A stretch of 64,000 nt of DNA, from positions 10,170-74,169 of the forward strand of contig JAGTQB010000007.1 in assembly GCA_018396995.1 (NCBI GenBank), given 5' to 3'. The first letter of the stretch is position 1; every line of letters begins with the position of its first letter. This stretch comes from Candidatus Bathyarchaeota archaeon. Lineage in GTDB: Archaea; Thermoproteota; Bathyarchaeia; Bathyarchaeales; DTEX01. The notes below the pieces were generated by a model. It was given only the letters and a program-made list of their open reading frames with translations, searched no databases and was not told where the DNA came from. Shown one piece after another: positions 7,955 through 16,639 of this stretch. The position numbers were made by a program, and so were the translations under genes.

Positions 7955-9733
7955 ATTAGAATAGCGGTTATTGATGTCGATAAGTGTAAACCTAATCGAT
8001 GTGATAGAACATGCTATCGTTTTTGTCCACAAGTTAGAAGTAAAGTTGAGGCTATAAGGTTTGAGAACAATAGGCCGCTGATATCGGAGGTTTTATGTAC
8101 TGGCTGTGGTATATGTGTTAAGAAATGTCCATTTAAAGCAGTCTCGATAGTTAATGTTCCTGAAGAGCTGAAGAGCGAGTGTATTCATAGGTTTGGGCCA
8201 AACGCCTTTAAACTTTTCCGTCTACCAGTTCCGTCACCTGGAGTAGTTTTAGGTTTATTGGGGCAGAATGGCATAGGTAAAACAACGGCAATAAAGATTC
8301 TCTCAGGTGAGATAAAACCTAACCTTGAGAGATACGATAATCCTCCGGAGTGGCCTGAAATAATACAGTTTTTTAGGGGCTCAATTCTCCAAGCATACTT
8401 TCAAAAGCTGAGTGGGGGCGAGCTTAAGATTGTCCATAAACCCCAATATGTTGATAAAATACCGCGAGTCGTGAGGGGTAAGGTTGGTGAGCTCCTAGAA
8501 CGCATAGATGAAAGGGGTAAGCTTAGGGAGGTTGCTGAAAGGCTTCAGCTTAGGGTTATATGGGATAGAACTTTAGACGTGTTAAGTGGTGGTGAGCTTC
8601 AGAGAGTTGCCATAGCAGCTGCTGTCTGCCGCGAGGCTGACGTCTACCTGTTTGATGAGCCCTCCAGCTACCTTGATGTTAAGCAGAGACTTGAAGCCGC
8701 TAAAGTGATTAGGGGCTTAAAGGAGGAGAATAAGATGATAGTTGTTGCTGAACACGATTTAGCGGTTCTAGATTACCTCTCTGATCAAATATGTCTCTTC
8801 TATGGTAAGCCAGGGGTCTATGGAATAGTCTCTCATGTCCATGGTGTCAGGGTTGGAATAAACATTTACCTAGACGGTTTCATCCCTGACGAAAATATGC
8901 GCTTCAGAAAGGAGCCGATAATATTCCATGTTAGGCCGCCAACTAGCAGTTCACTAACTAATGCGCCAATTTTAAAGTGGGGTGAAATGACGAAGACTTA
9001 TGGAGACTTTAAACTTAAAATAGAGCCGGGAGAGGCTAGATTGGGTGAGGTTATAGGCGTGCTTGGACCCAATGGTATAGGGAAGACAACTTTCATAAAA
9101 ATATTAGCTGGGCTAGAAAAACCAGATCAAGGCTCACCGCCAACGGAGAATATCCTTAGAGTCAGCTATAAGCCCCAGTACATTTCAACGGAGTATGAGG
9201 GAACGGTTGAAGATCTCTTAAAGCTAGCTGCTAAAGATAAGTTTACCTCAAGCTGGTATCAGACAGAAATAATTAACCGACTCAATTTAAGTCCCCTCTT
9301 TGATAGAAATGTTAAGGAGCTTAGTGGTGGTGAGCTCCAGAAGGTTGCTATAGCTGTCTGCCTATCTCGTGATGCAGAGATTTACCTCCTCGACGAGCCG
9401 AGCGCTTACCTTGATGTAGAGGAGAGGTTAGCGATGACCAGAGCCATACGAAGGATTATCGAAGATAAGTGTGTAACAGCCTTTGTTGTTGAGCATGACA
9501 TAATCGCTATGGACTTCATAGCTGATAGGCTTATGATATTCAGTGGAGAGCCAGGAGTTTATGGTGTCGCCGGGTCGCCGACGTCACTTTTGGACGGGAT
9601 GAACAGGTTCCTTAAAGAGATGAGCATAACTTTCAGGCGGGATCCGGACACAAAGAGACCTAGGGTGAACAAGGAGGATTCTAGACTCGACAAATACCAG
9701 AAAAAGATTGGGCAGTATTATTATGTCAAGTAG
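7955..9733 (+). CDS. abcE1: ABCE1 / RNase L inhibitor homolog (ribosome recycling ATPase) with N-terminal 2x[4Fe-4S] domain; predicted non-canonical ATT start
   Basis: The ORF track starts at TTG 8258, right at the first Walker A (GQNGIGKT). The same frame is open back to TAG 7931. That upstream stretch encodes the Fe-S domain (CKPNRCDRTCYRFCP, CTGCGICVKKCP). Two ABC cassettes follow (GQNGIGKT/LSGGELQ, GPNGIGKT/LSGGELQ). ATT 7955 gives MRIAVIDVDKC and a 592-aa protein, and GGGAGGAG lies 6 nt upstream. Gene identity is high confidence; the start codon is moderate. Confidence 0.9.
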   Translation: MRIAVIDVDKCKPNRCDRTCYRFCPQVRSKVEAIRFENNRPLISEVLCTGCGICVKKCPFKAVSIVNVPEELKSECIHRFGPNAFKLFRLPVPSPGVVLGLLGQNGIGKTTAIKILSGEIKPNLERYDNPPEWPEIIQFFRGSILQAYFQKLSGGELKIVHKPQYVDKIPRVVRGKVGELLERIDERGKLREVAERLQLRVIWDRTLDVLSGGELQRVAIAAAVCREADVYLFDEPSSYLDVKQRLEAAKVIRGLKEENKMIVVAEHDLAVLDYLSDQICLFYGKPGVYGIVSHVHGVRVGINIYLDGFIPDENMRFRKEPIIFHVRPPTSSSLTNAPILKWGEMTKTYGDFKLKIEPGEARLGEVIGVLGPNGIGKTTFIKILAGLEKPDQGSPPTENILRVSYKPQYISTEYEGTVEDLLKLAAKDKFTSSWYQTEIINRLNLSPLFDRNVKELSGGELQKVAIAVCLSRDAEIYLLDEPSAYLDVEERLAMTRAIRRIIEDKCVTAFVVEHDIIAMDFIADRLMIFSGEPGVYGVAGSPTSLLDGMNRFLKEMSITFRRDPDTKRPRVNKEDSRLDKYQKKIGQYYYVK

Positions 9734-9875
9734 CGGGATCAATGCAACTCATATTTCACTTTCATGTTAATAGAAACTATTTCTTTGCATAATTTTGGTA
9801 AAAAAATGTTAAAAATGCATTTTTATTCGCTCTTAGCTCTCTCCTCTATAGAGACGCTAAGGGAGAGTATATTCC

Positions 9876-10115
9876 ATGGTTGTTACTGAGGAAAGGAGGG
9901 AGCCAATACGTTCCCATAAAGTTGTTATTAGGGGTATTGTCGAGGGATATGAAGTTGCCTCACTTGAGGATCTAAAGAAGATTGAAGAGCGAATTGAGAG
10001 CTTGCAGAGTGAAATAAATGTCCTAAGAAGTCAGATTAATGAACTACAGAAGACATTAAATGCAACAAATATGAGACTAGAAAGACTAGAAAACTTCCTA
10101 AGATCATTTAAGTGA
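9876..10115 (+). CDS. Small coiled-coil protein, function unknown
   Basis: 79 aa. Heptad-like LEDLKKIEERIESLQSEINVLRSQINELQKTLNATNMRLERLENFL. No enzymatic motif. Confidence 0.45.
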   Translation: MVVTEERREPIRSHKVVIRGIVEGYEVASLEDLKKIEERIESLQSEINVLRSQINELQKTLNATNMRLERLENFLRSFK

Positions 10116-10186
10116 GTAAATGAGATGAACTAATATTTCAGGGAATTAATGATGAGGAGATATGGCTCTCTAACTACTTATGTTGC

Positions 10187-10930
10187 CTAAAGGATACTAT
10201 GAGCTTTTAGAGATTTTATAGCATTATCTATCTTTAATAGTGCCTCTATTGGGTTATTGCTGAGAGTTATATAGGAACCAATTACAACGCCCCTAGCCCC
10301 GGCCCTTAATGCCTCCACAATTGTTTCCGGATTTATGCCTCCATCAACCTCAATAATTTTGTTGGGGAATCTCTTTGAGATTTTTCTTATTCTATCCGTT
10401 GCTTCACTACAATATTTTTGTCCACCTAAACCCATTGGTACACTCATCACTAAGATTATATCCGCCGCCTCAGCAATACTTTCAGTTAGATTTTCCTCAG
10501 GTGTGGGGAGGTTTAAGCCTATACCAGCCTTATAACCATATCTCCTGACATCCTTAATAGCTCTCACCGCTTCCTCTTCAGAACCGAAAGATTCCACTTG
10601 AACTGTTACCATAATCTTTACCCTATCGTCACCAATTATAAACTCGTTCATCTCCTCTAAAATGCTGAGTGGATCACTAACCATTAAATGTACGTTTAAA
10701 TTGATTTCCTTGATAAATTCTTCATATAACTTCCTTATTAAGTCCATAGAAAATTTTGTTTTATTAGGTATCAACGGTGGTCTCATAACATCTATGTGAA
10801 TGCTGCTTAATCTACCAGTCTTAACTAGCTTCATAATATTTGTGAATGCCCAGCTTTCCCTAAGGTTATTGATATTCCTGGATAATTCAGGTTCATACTC
10901 TAATATTGACAGGGAAATGGACATACTCAT
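10187..10930 (-). CDS. Ribulose-phosphate 3-epimerase family TIM-barrel protein (divergent)
   Basis: RPE-like motifs HIDVM, HLMV, MSVPMGLGGQKY and EVDGGIN. The family N-terminus aligns with MSMSISLSILEYE, so I start at the internal ATG (10930) rather than the track start at 11017. That leaves a ~114-bp divergent promoter region with cdhA. Confidence 0.6.
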   Translation of the reverse strand: MSMSISLSILEYEPELSRNINNLRESWAFTNIMKLVKTGRLSSIHIDVMRPPLIPNKTKFSMDLIRKLYEEFIKEINLNVHLMVSDPLSILEEMNEFIIGDDRVKIMVTVQVESFGSEEEAVRAIKDVRRYGYKAGIGLNLPTPEENLTESIAEAADIILVMSVPMGLGGQKYCSEATDRIRKISKRFPNKIIEVDGGINPETIVEALRAGARGVVIGSYITLSNNPIEALLKIDNAIKSLKAHSIL

Positions 10931-11044
10931 AACACTATTTAATTGATAAACTAAAAGGTTTTGCTCTGAAGTAACACCGTATATAAAGGCGACAACAACA
11001 GATAAGTAGGTCTTCACTTCTTTTAATATAATTTACAACTTGAG

Positions 11045-13408
11045 GTGGATTGCTTGGTTTCTGAAAAAAATATTCGAGTTAAAATCGATGAGCTGAGGAG
11101 TAGTATAGGCCTTTTAAAGGGTGTTGAGTTCTCCATAGGCAAGGTGGTGAGCGAGGAATGGCTTGAGGAGATTGGGCCAACACAGTTCCCGAAAATAACA
11201 GACCTGCGAGAATGGGATTTTAAGCTCCTACAGCGTTATAAGCCCTTCTACATGCCTTTCTGTGATCTCTGCTGTCTCTGCACATTTGGGAAGTGTGACT
11301 TGACTGGGGATAAACGCGGTGCATGCGGAATAAATATGTCTGCACAACAGTCACGCATAGTTTTATTAGCATGTTGTATAGGGGCCGCGACACATACATC
11401 CCATGCGAGACATCTGCTAGAGCATCTGATAGAGAAGTATGGGCGTGATCATCCAATAAATGTTGGTGGACTGAACGTTGAGGTAGAGGCCCCAATAACG
11501 CGTCTAGTGTGTGGTGTTAAGCCGAGGACGCTCGGCGACCTGGAGGAAGTTCTAAACTATCTTGAGCAGGAGATAGTTAGGTTGCTGGCAGCTACACATA
11601 CTGGCCAGGAAGCAAGCAACCTAGACTTTGAGTCAAAAGTTTTTCACGCAGGGATGATAGACCATGTTGCTCTCGAGGTAGCCGATATAGCGCAGATATC
11701 TGCCCTTGGTTTTCCAAAGGCTGATCCGGAGGCACCTTTAGTCGACATAGGTTTAGGCGTCGTTGATTCAACAAAGCCAGTTATAATGGTTGTCGGCCAT
11801 AACGTTCCTTCAGCAGCAGCTATAGTCGACTATTTAGTTGAGAATGGATTATATGGCGGAGTTGAAGTTGTAGGTCTATGCTGTACAGCGCATGACACCA
11901 CTAGGTATAATCCTAAGGCTAAAATAGTTGGGCCAATATCATGGCAATTAAGATTTATCAGGAGCGGCTTAGCCGACGTTATAGTTGTAGATGAGCAATG
12001 TATAAGAGCTGACACGCTCATTGAGGCCCAAAAGGTTAAGGCCCCAGTTATAACGACAAGCGATGTAAACTGTGGTGGATTACCGGATAGAACAAAGGAT
12101 AAAGTTGAAAAGATAGTTGAGGATCTCGTTCTAGGGGGGCAGCCGGGCGCATTTATCCTAGATCCGGAGAAGGCTGCAGAGGTTGCTGTTAAAACAGCTC
12201 TTCTAATCGCTCCTAAAAGAATGAAGTTTAAGGCTATACCAGATGTAAGCGATATAGTTGAGGGTGCGAAGAAGTGCCGTAAATGTGATGACTGTAGAAG
12301 AGCTTGTCCAAACGATCTACCAATCAGAGATGCCCTTGCAAAGGTATTAGAAGGCAACCTGAACGCGCTTGCATCTCTCTATGAAGCATGTATCGGCTGC
12401 GGTAGGTGTGAGAGCGCATGCCCAGTAGACTTGCCACTTCACAGCTATATAGTTAAGGCCGCTGAGAAGAGAATAAAGGAAGAGAAATATAAGATCCGTG
12501 TTGGTAGGGGGGCAATACAGGACGTTGAAATTAGAAATGTTGGTAGCCCGATAGTTCTGGGCGAGATACCTGGAGTTGTAGCATTTGTGGGCTGTGCTAA
12601 TTATCCTAATGGAGGAACAGAGGTTGCGGAGATGGCAGTCGAGTTCGCTAAGAGGCGCTACATAGTTGTGGCAAGCGGCTGCGCAGCCATGTCAATAGCA
12701 ATGTATAAGGATGAGGAGGGAAGAACGCCCTACGAGGCTTTTCCTGGAGCCTTTGATGCCGGAGGAATAGTTAATGTTGGCTCATGTGTTTCAAACTCCC
12801 ATATTGCTGGGGCAGCAATAAAGATAGCTAACATATTTGCCAAGCGTAGGCTTAGGGCGAATTATGAGGAGATAGCCGATTATATACTTAATAGAGTTGG
12901 AGCCGTCGGCGTAGCTTGGGGAGCGATGTCGCAAAAAGCTGCGGCAATAGCTAGCGGGTTCTGGAGACTCGGCGTCCCAGTCATCGTTGGGCCACATGGT
13001 CTTAAGTATAGGCGTATGCTCCTAGGCCGTAAAGATAACCCTGAAGACTGGTATGTTTATGATGCTAGGACTGGAGAGAAAGTCTATGTTGGCCCAGCTC
13101 CCGAGCACCTGTTCTATGCCGCTGAGACAAAAGAGGAAGCTATGGTTATGATAGCGAAGCTCTGCATGAGACCCAACGATACCACTAAAGGTAGAGCGAT
13201 TAAACTCTCAAACTATATTGATCTTCATAAGCGCTTCTTTGGAACAATTCCTGATGATATACATCTCTTCGTTCGAACATTAGCCGATGTACCGCTGACG
13301 ATGCGTGAGGAAGTTATAAAGGTTCTTGAGGAGAAGGGCTGGAAAGAGAATGTTATACCAGACCCAACGCTTCTACCAAGGCTTGTGAAGAAGAAAGTTG
13401 GTGAGTAA
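11045..13408 (+). CDS. cdhA: Acetyl-CoA decarbonylase/synthase complex subunit alpha (Ni-CODH catalytic subunit)
   Basis: 787 aa, GTG start. N-terminal Cys clusters (CDLCCLCTFGKCDL). Archaeal-type inserted 2x[4Fe-4S] motifs CRKCDDCRRACP and CIGCGRCESACP. Followed by cdhBCDE. Confidence 0.95.
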   Translation: MDCLVSEKNIRVKIDELRSSIGLLKGVEFSIGKVVSEEWLEEIGPTQFPKITDLREWDFKLLQRYKPFYMPFCDLCCLCTFGKCDLTGDKRGACGINMSAQQSRIVLLACCIGAATHTSHARHLLEHLIEKYGRDHPINVGGLNVEVEAPITRLVCGVKPRTLGDLEEVLNYLEQEIVRLLAATHTGQEASNLDFESKVFHAGMIDHVALEVADIAQISALGFPKADPEAPLVDIGLGVVDSTKPVIMVVGHNVPSAAAIVDYLVENGLYGGVEVVGLCCTAHDTTRYNPKAKIVGPISWQLRFIRSGLADVIVVDEQCIRADTLIEAQKVKAPVITTSDVNCGGLPDRTKDKVEKIVEDLVLGGQPGAFILDPEKAAEVAVKTALLIAPKRMKFKAIPDVSDIVEGAKKCRKCDDCRRACPNDLPIRDALAKVLEGNLNALASLYEACIGCGRCESACPVDLPLHSYIVKAAEKRIKEEKYKIRVGRGAIQDVEIRNVGSPIVLGEIPGVVAFVGCANYPNGGTEVAEMAVEFAKRRYIVVASGCAAMSIAMYKDEEGRTPYEAFPGAFDAGGIVNVGSCVSNSHIAGAAIKIANIFAKRRLRANYEEIADYILNRVGAVGVAWGAMSQKAAAIASGFWRLGVPVIVGPHGLKYRRMLLGRKDNPEDWYVYDARTGEKVYVGPAPEHLFYAAETKEEAMVMIAKLCMRPNDTTKGRAIKLSNYIDLHKRFFGTIPDDIHLFVRTLADVPLTMREEVIKVLEEKGWKENVIPDPTLLPRLVKKKVGE

Positions 13409-13410
13409 GC

Positions 13411-13992
13411 ATGGCCGCTAAAGCCGAGCCATGGCAGACGGCTGAGGTACCTGGACCGAAGAAGGCTATGGTTATAACTAACCCACGGATAGTTGCGGCG
13501 CTTATTAGGCGGTCGAAGAACCCTGTTCTTATTGTTGGGTCAATGGCTCCAAGAATAAAGCTTAGTGGAGGAGACTTGGTGGATTATGCCATAAGGATAG
13601 CTGAGGCGGCCGGGATGCCGATAGTCTCCTCACCAAGCGTCCTAGGGGAGTTTCTCAACAGGGGTTTTAGGAGGGTCTTAAGTATGCCTGTAGTCGACAT
13701 AGCAAATAGGCTCACAGACGCTGACTGGAAAGGAGTAGAGAATAAGGGGCAACATGACCTAGCCATTTTCATGGGCTTTAAATACCATGTTTGTTGGCTC
13801 ATATTGTCAGGTCTAAAACATTACTCCCAGAACCTTAAGACAGTCTCCTTAGAGATGCGTTATCAGCCACATGCATTATGGTCATTCCCAAACATCTCAG
13901 AGGAAGAATGGGAGAAGAACCTCAATGAAATCATTAAAGAATTTAAACAGGATAAAATGATTCTAAATAAAGTTAAGGAGGTGAAGGAATAA
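13411..13992 (+). CDS. cdhB: Acetyl-CoA decarbonylase/synthase complex subunit epsilon
   Basis: 193 aa. Position immediately after cdhA and its size match the archaeal epsilon subunit. Confidence 0.85.
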   Translation: MAAKAEPWQTAEVPGPKKAMVITNPRIVAALIRRSKNPVLIVGSMAPRIKLSGGDLVDYAIRIAEAAGMPIVSSPSVLGEFLNRGFRRVLSMPVVDIANRLTDADWKGVENKGQHDLAIFMGFKYHVCWLILSGLKHYSQNLKTVSLEMRYQPHALWSFPNISEEEWEKNLNEIIKEFKQDKMILNKVKEVKE

Positions 13993-15401
13993 TGTCAATG
14001 TTTGCAGATATTCCAGTTGGTGTTGGCGAGGTTTATTCTGGCGAGAGAATTAGGTGGCAGGATACTCACGTAGAATTTGGTGGATTAAGGGTTCCATATA
14101 AGTTTGAGCTTGTGAAGGTTCGTGGAATAAGTGAAGTTGAGGATGGAAAGGTTACGGTGATTGGCCCTGATATAAAGGATCTTGAGCCCCAGAAGTCTTA
14201 TCCACTTGGGATCTTTATTGAGGTTGCGGGCAGTCAGCTCGAAGAGGAGCTTGAAGGGGTTATAGAGCGGAGGATACATGAATACACAAATTATATTGAA
14301 GGTATGATGCACTTAAACCAGAGATATGATATATGGATAAGGCTCAGCAAAAGATCCTTTGAGAAGGGATTAAACTCCTTTCACATGGTTGGAAAAATTT
14401 ATAGTAGGCTGTTTAAGATGGAGCTTCCAATAATTGAGAGAATACAGATAACCTTCATAACGGATCCAGAGAAAGTTAAGGAGATGTATGATTATGCCCT
14501 TAAAGAGTATGAGAAGAGGGATGCTAGGGCTAGGGGCCTAAAGGATGAGGAGGTTGATGCATTCTATGGATGCACTCTCTGCCAATCCTTCGCCCCGACA
14601 CACGTCTGCGTTATAACGCCGCAAAGGTACTCTAACTGCGGCGCCATAAGTTGGTTTGATGCAAGAGCTTCTGCAAGAATTGATCCGAAAGGCCCTGTTT
14701 TCAGGATAGAGAAGGGTGAATGCTTGGACCCAGTAAAAGGCGAGTATAGTGGAGTGAATGAAGTTGTTAAAATGAAGTCTGGCGGGGAGATAGGGCGTGT
14801 TTGGCTGTACTCGGCATTCGGTCATCCGCACACTTCTTGTGGGTGCTTTGAGGCAGTTGCCTTTTATATACCTGAGGTTGATGGCTTCGGGATAGTTCAT
14901 AGGGGGTTTGCGGAGAACACTCCGATAGGACTCCCATTCTCAAAGCTTGCTGACTCAACTGCTGGTGGCAGACAGGTTGACGGTTTCCATGGAATATCGA
15001 TTGAATACATGCGCTCTCCAAAGTTCCTCCAAGCGGACGGCGGCTGGGAGAGGGTTGTTTGGGTTCCATCAGCCATTCTAGAGAGAGTTAAAGATTTCAT
15101 TCCAAAGCACCTTATTGACAAAGTAGCGACGGAGAAGGACGCTAAGAATGTGGAGGAGCTTAAAAATTTCCTTGCGGCTAGGGGTCATCCAATAGTTAAG
15201 AGGTGGGAAGAGAAGGCCAAAGTGGAGGCTGTCGCTAGACCAGCTGAGGAGAAAGTTGCGCCGCCAGCCGCTCCTGAGGTCACTGCAGAGGTTGTGGCTC
15301 CAGTAGGTATTAGTGCTGCCGTCGGCGGCTTCAGAATAATCCTCAAGAATGCCAAGATTAAGGCTGAAAGAGTCAAGATAATAAGGGCTAAGGAGAAGTG
15401 A
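13992..15401 (+). CDS. cdhC: Acetyl-CoA decarbonylase/synthase complex subunit beta (A-cluster acetyl-CoA synthase)
   Basis: 469 aa. A-cluster Cys motifs include CTLCQSFAPTHVCVITP and HTSCGCFE (Cys-Gly-Cys). The start overlaps the cdhB stop by 1 nt. Confidence 0.95.
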   Translation: MSMFADIPVGVGEVYSGERIRWQDTHVEFGGLRVPYKFELVKVRGISEVEDGKVTVIGPDIKDLEPQKSYPLGIFIEVAGSQLEEELEGVIERRIHEYTNYIEGMMHLNQRYDIWIRLSKRSFEKGLNSFHMVGKIYSRLFKMELPIIERIQITFITDPEKVKEMYDYALKEYEKRDARARGLKDEEVDAFYGCTLCQSFAPTHVCVITPQRYSNCGAISWFDARASARIDPKGPVFRIEKGECLDPVKGEYSGVNEVVKMKSGGEIGRVWLYSAFGHPHTSCGCFEAVAFYIPEVDGFGIVHRGFAENTPIGLPFSKLADSTAGGRQVDGFHGISIEYMRSPKFLQADGGWERVVWVPSAILERVKDFIPKHLIDKVATEKDAKNVEELKNFLAARGHPIVKRWEEKAKVEAVARPAEEKVAPPAAPEVTAEVVAPVGISAAVGGFRIILKNAKIKAERVKIIRAKEK

Positions 15402-15408
15402 GGGTGCG

Positions 15409-16638
15409 ATGGTTGAAAGAAAAGGAGGGGCTGATGAGGGTGCCCTCATTAAAATTGGCCCAAAGCTCCTCGATTTGCTAAGAGAGTTTGGTGAAATTGA
15501 ACTAGAGAATGTTGAGATTGAAGCTGAGGAGCTGGAGATATGGATTCCATCAGCTACAGTTGTTACCCCGCCAGCCGCGGCGCCGCCTAAGGTTGTTCCT
15601 GCGAAGCCCATGGAGATACTGAAAGCGGAGTTTGAGCCCCCAATCCAAACATACCAGGGGAGGATAGTTGAGGTTAAGCTTGGTGCAACCAGAAGTGAGG
15701 GGGGCACTAGAGAAAAGGTTGTGAAAATTGGCGGTGAGGCTGCCCCCTCATTTTATATATTTGAGGAGGCCCCGCCGAATCCGCCAGTGATATCGGCTGA
15801 CGTGTTTGATATGGAGGTTCCTCTTCCAAGGGCTATAAAGATGCATGTCCAGGATGTTATTGGCGACCCAGCCGCGTGGGCTAAGCTTGCAGTGGATAAA
15901 TTTGGTGCTGACCTGGTTACCGTCCATTTAGTTAGCACAGATCCCCTGAGAAAAGATGCCTCGCCGAGCGATGCGGCTAAAACCATAGAGAAAGTCCTAC
16001 AGGCAGTTAAGGTTCCGGTGATTGTTGGCGGTTCAGGCGACCCTAAGAAGGACGCTGAGGTTTTCAAGAAGATTGCTGAGGTGGCGCATGGGGAGCGTGT
16101 TATGCTGAGTTCCGTTACATTAGATATGGCTGAAGCTGGTCTCTTAGGCGAGATTGCGAAGGCGGCTAGGGAGCATGGCCACGTTATCCTCGCATTTACC
16201 GCAATGGACTTAAACCAAGCTAAGGAACTCAACAGAAAGCTTTACGATTATCTGCCAAGAGATAGCATAGTTATGGATTTGACAACGGCCGCCCTTGGGT
16301 ATGGGCTTGAGTACTCGTTTACTGTTCATGAGAGGGCTAGGCTTGCAGCCTTAGCTGGCGACGTTGAGCTCCAGCATCCGACATCCTCTGGAACCACTAA
16401 CGCTTGGGCCGCTAGGGAGGCCTGGCTTAAGCTTGGCTCTGAGTGGGAGCCGAGAGAGCTTAGGGGCCCACTATGGGAGACGGTTACGGCTTTAACCCTC
16501 CTTCTAGCTGGTGTGGATATATTTATGATGATGCATCCGGCGGCAATACGCACCCTTAAGGAGGTTATAGGGAATCTCTACAAGCGGGGTATGGTTAAGC
16601 CAGAGAGCATAGCTGACTGGGTCTCAATTAAGATATGA
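15409..16638 (+). CDS. cdhD: Acetyl-CoA decarbonylase/synthase complex subunit delta (corrinoid protein small subunit)
   Basis: 409 aa, no Fe-S motif. Pro/Ala-rich linker, then a TIM-barrel-like region. Position between cdhC and cdhE. Confidence 0.9.
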   Translation: MVERKGGADEGALIKIGPKLLDLLREFGEIELENVEIEAEELEIWIPSATVVTPPAAAPPKVVPAKPMEILKAEFEPPIQTYQGRIVEVKLGATRSEGGTREKVVKIGGEAAPSFYIFEEAPPNPPVISADVFDMEVPLPRAIKMHVQDVIGDPAAWAKLAVDKFGADLVTVHLVSTDPLRKDASPSDAAKTIEKVLQAVKVPVIVGGSGDPKKDAEVFKKIAEVAHGERVMLSSVTLDMAEAGLLGEIAKAAREHGHVILAFTAMDLNQAKELNRKLYDYLPRDSIVMDLTTAALGYGLEYSFTVHERARLAALAGDVELQHPTSSGTTNAWAAREAWLKLGSEWEPRELRGPLWETVTALTLLLAGVDIFMMMHPAAIRTLKEVIGNLYKRGMVKPESIADWVSIKI

Positions 16639-16639
16639 G

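Noticed and set aside
10147-10200. AATGATGA C-box-like sequence after the coiled-coil gene
   Set aside because: There is no CTGA D or D' box at the required 12-nt spacing, and the region runs into the 3' end of the RPE-like gene. It is not a C/D sRNA.
10931-11017. 29-codon N-terminal extension of the RPE-like ORF
   Set aside because: The family alignment begins at the internal MSMSISLSIL. The extension would leave only 27 bp between this gene and the divergent cdhA.
11830-12357. 175-aa - strand ORF inside cdhA
   Set aside because: It is antisense to cdhA and has no recognisable motif. The same reasoning applies to the other long antisense ORFs at 4513-4947, 17140-17679, 19499-19948, 48547-48972 and 63091-63552.
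15078-15707. 209-aa - strand ORF spanning the cdhC/cdhD junction
   Set aside because: It is antisense to two strongly supported cdh genes, with a low-complexity Ser/Ala/Gly-rich translation.
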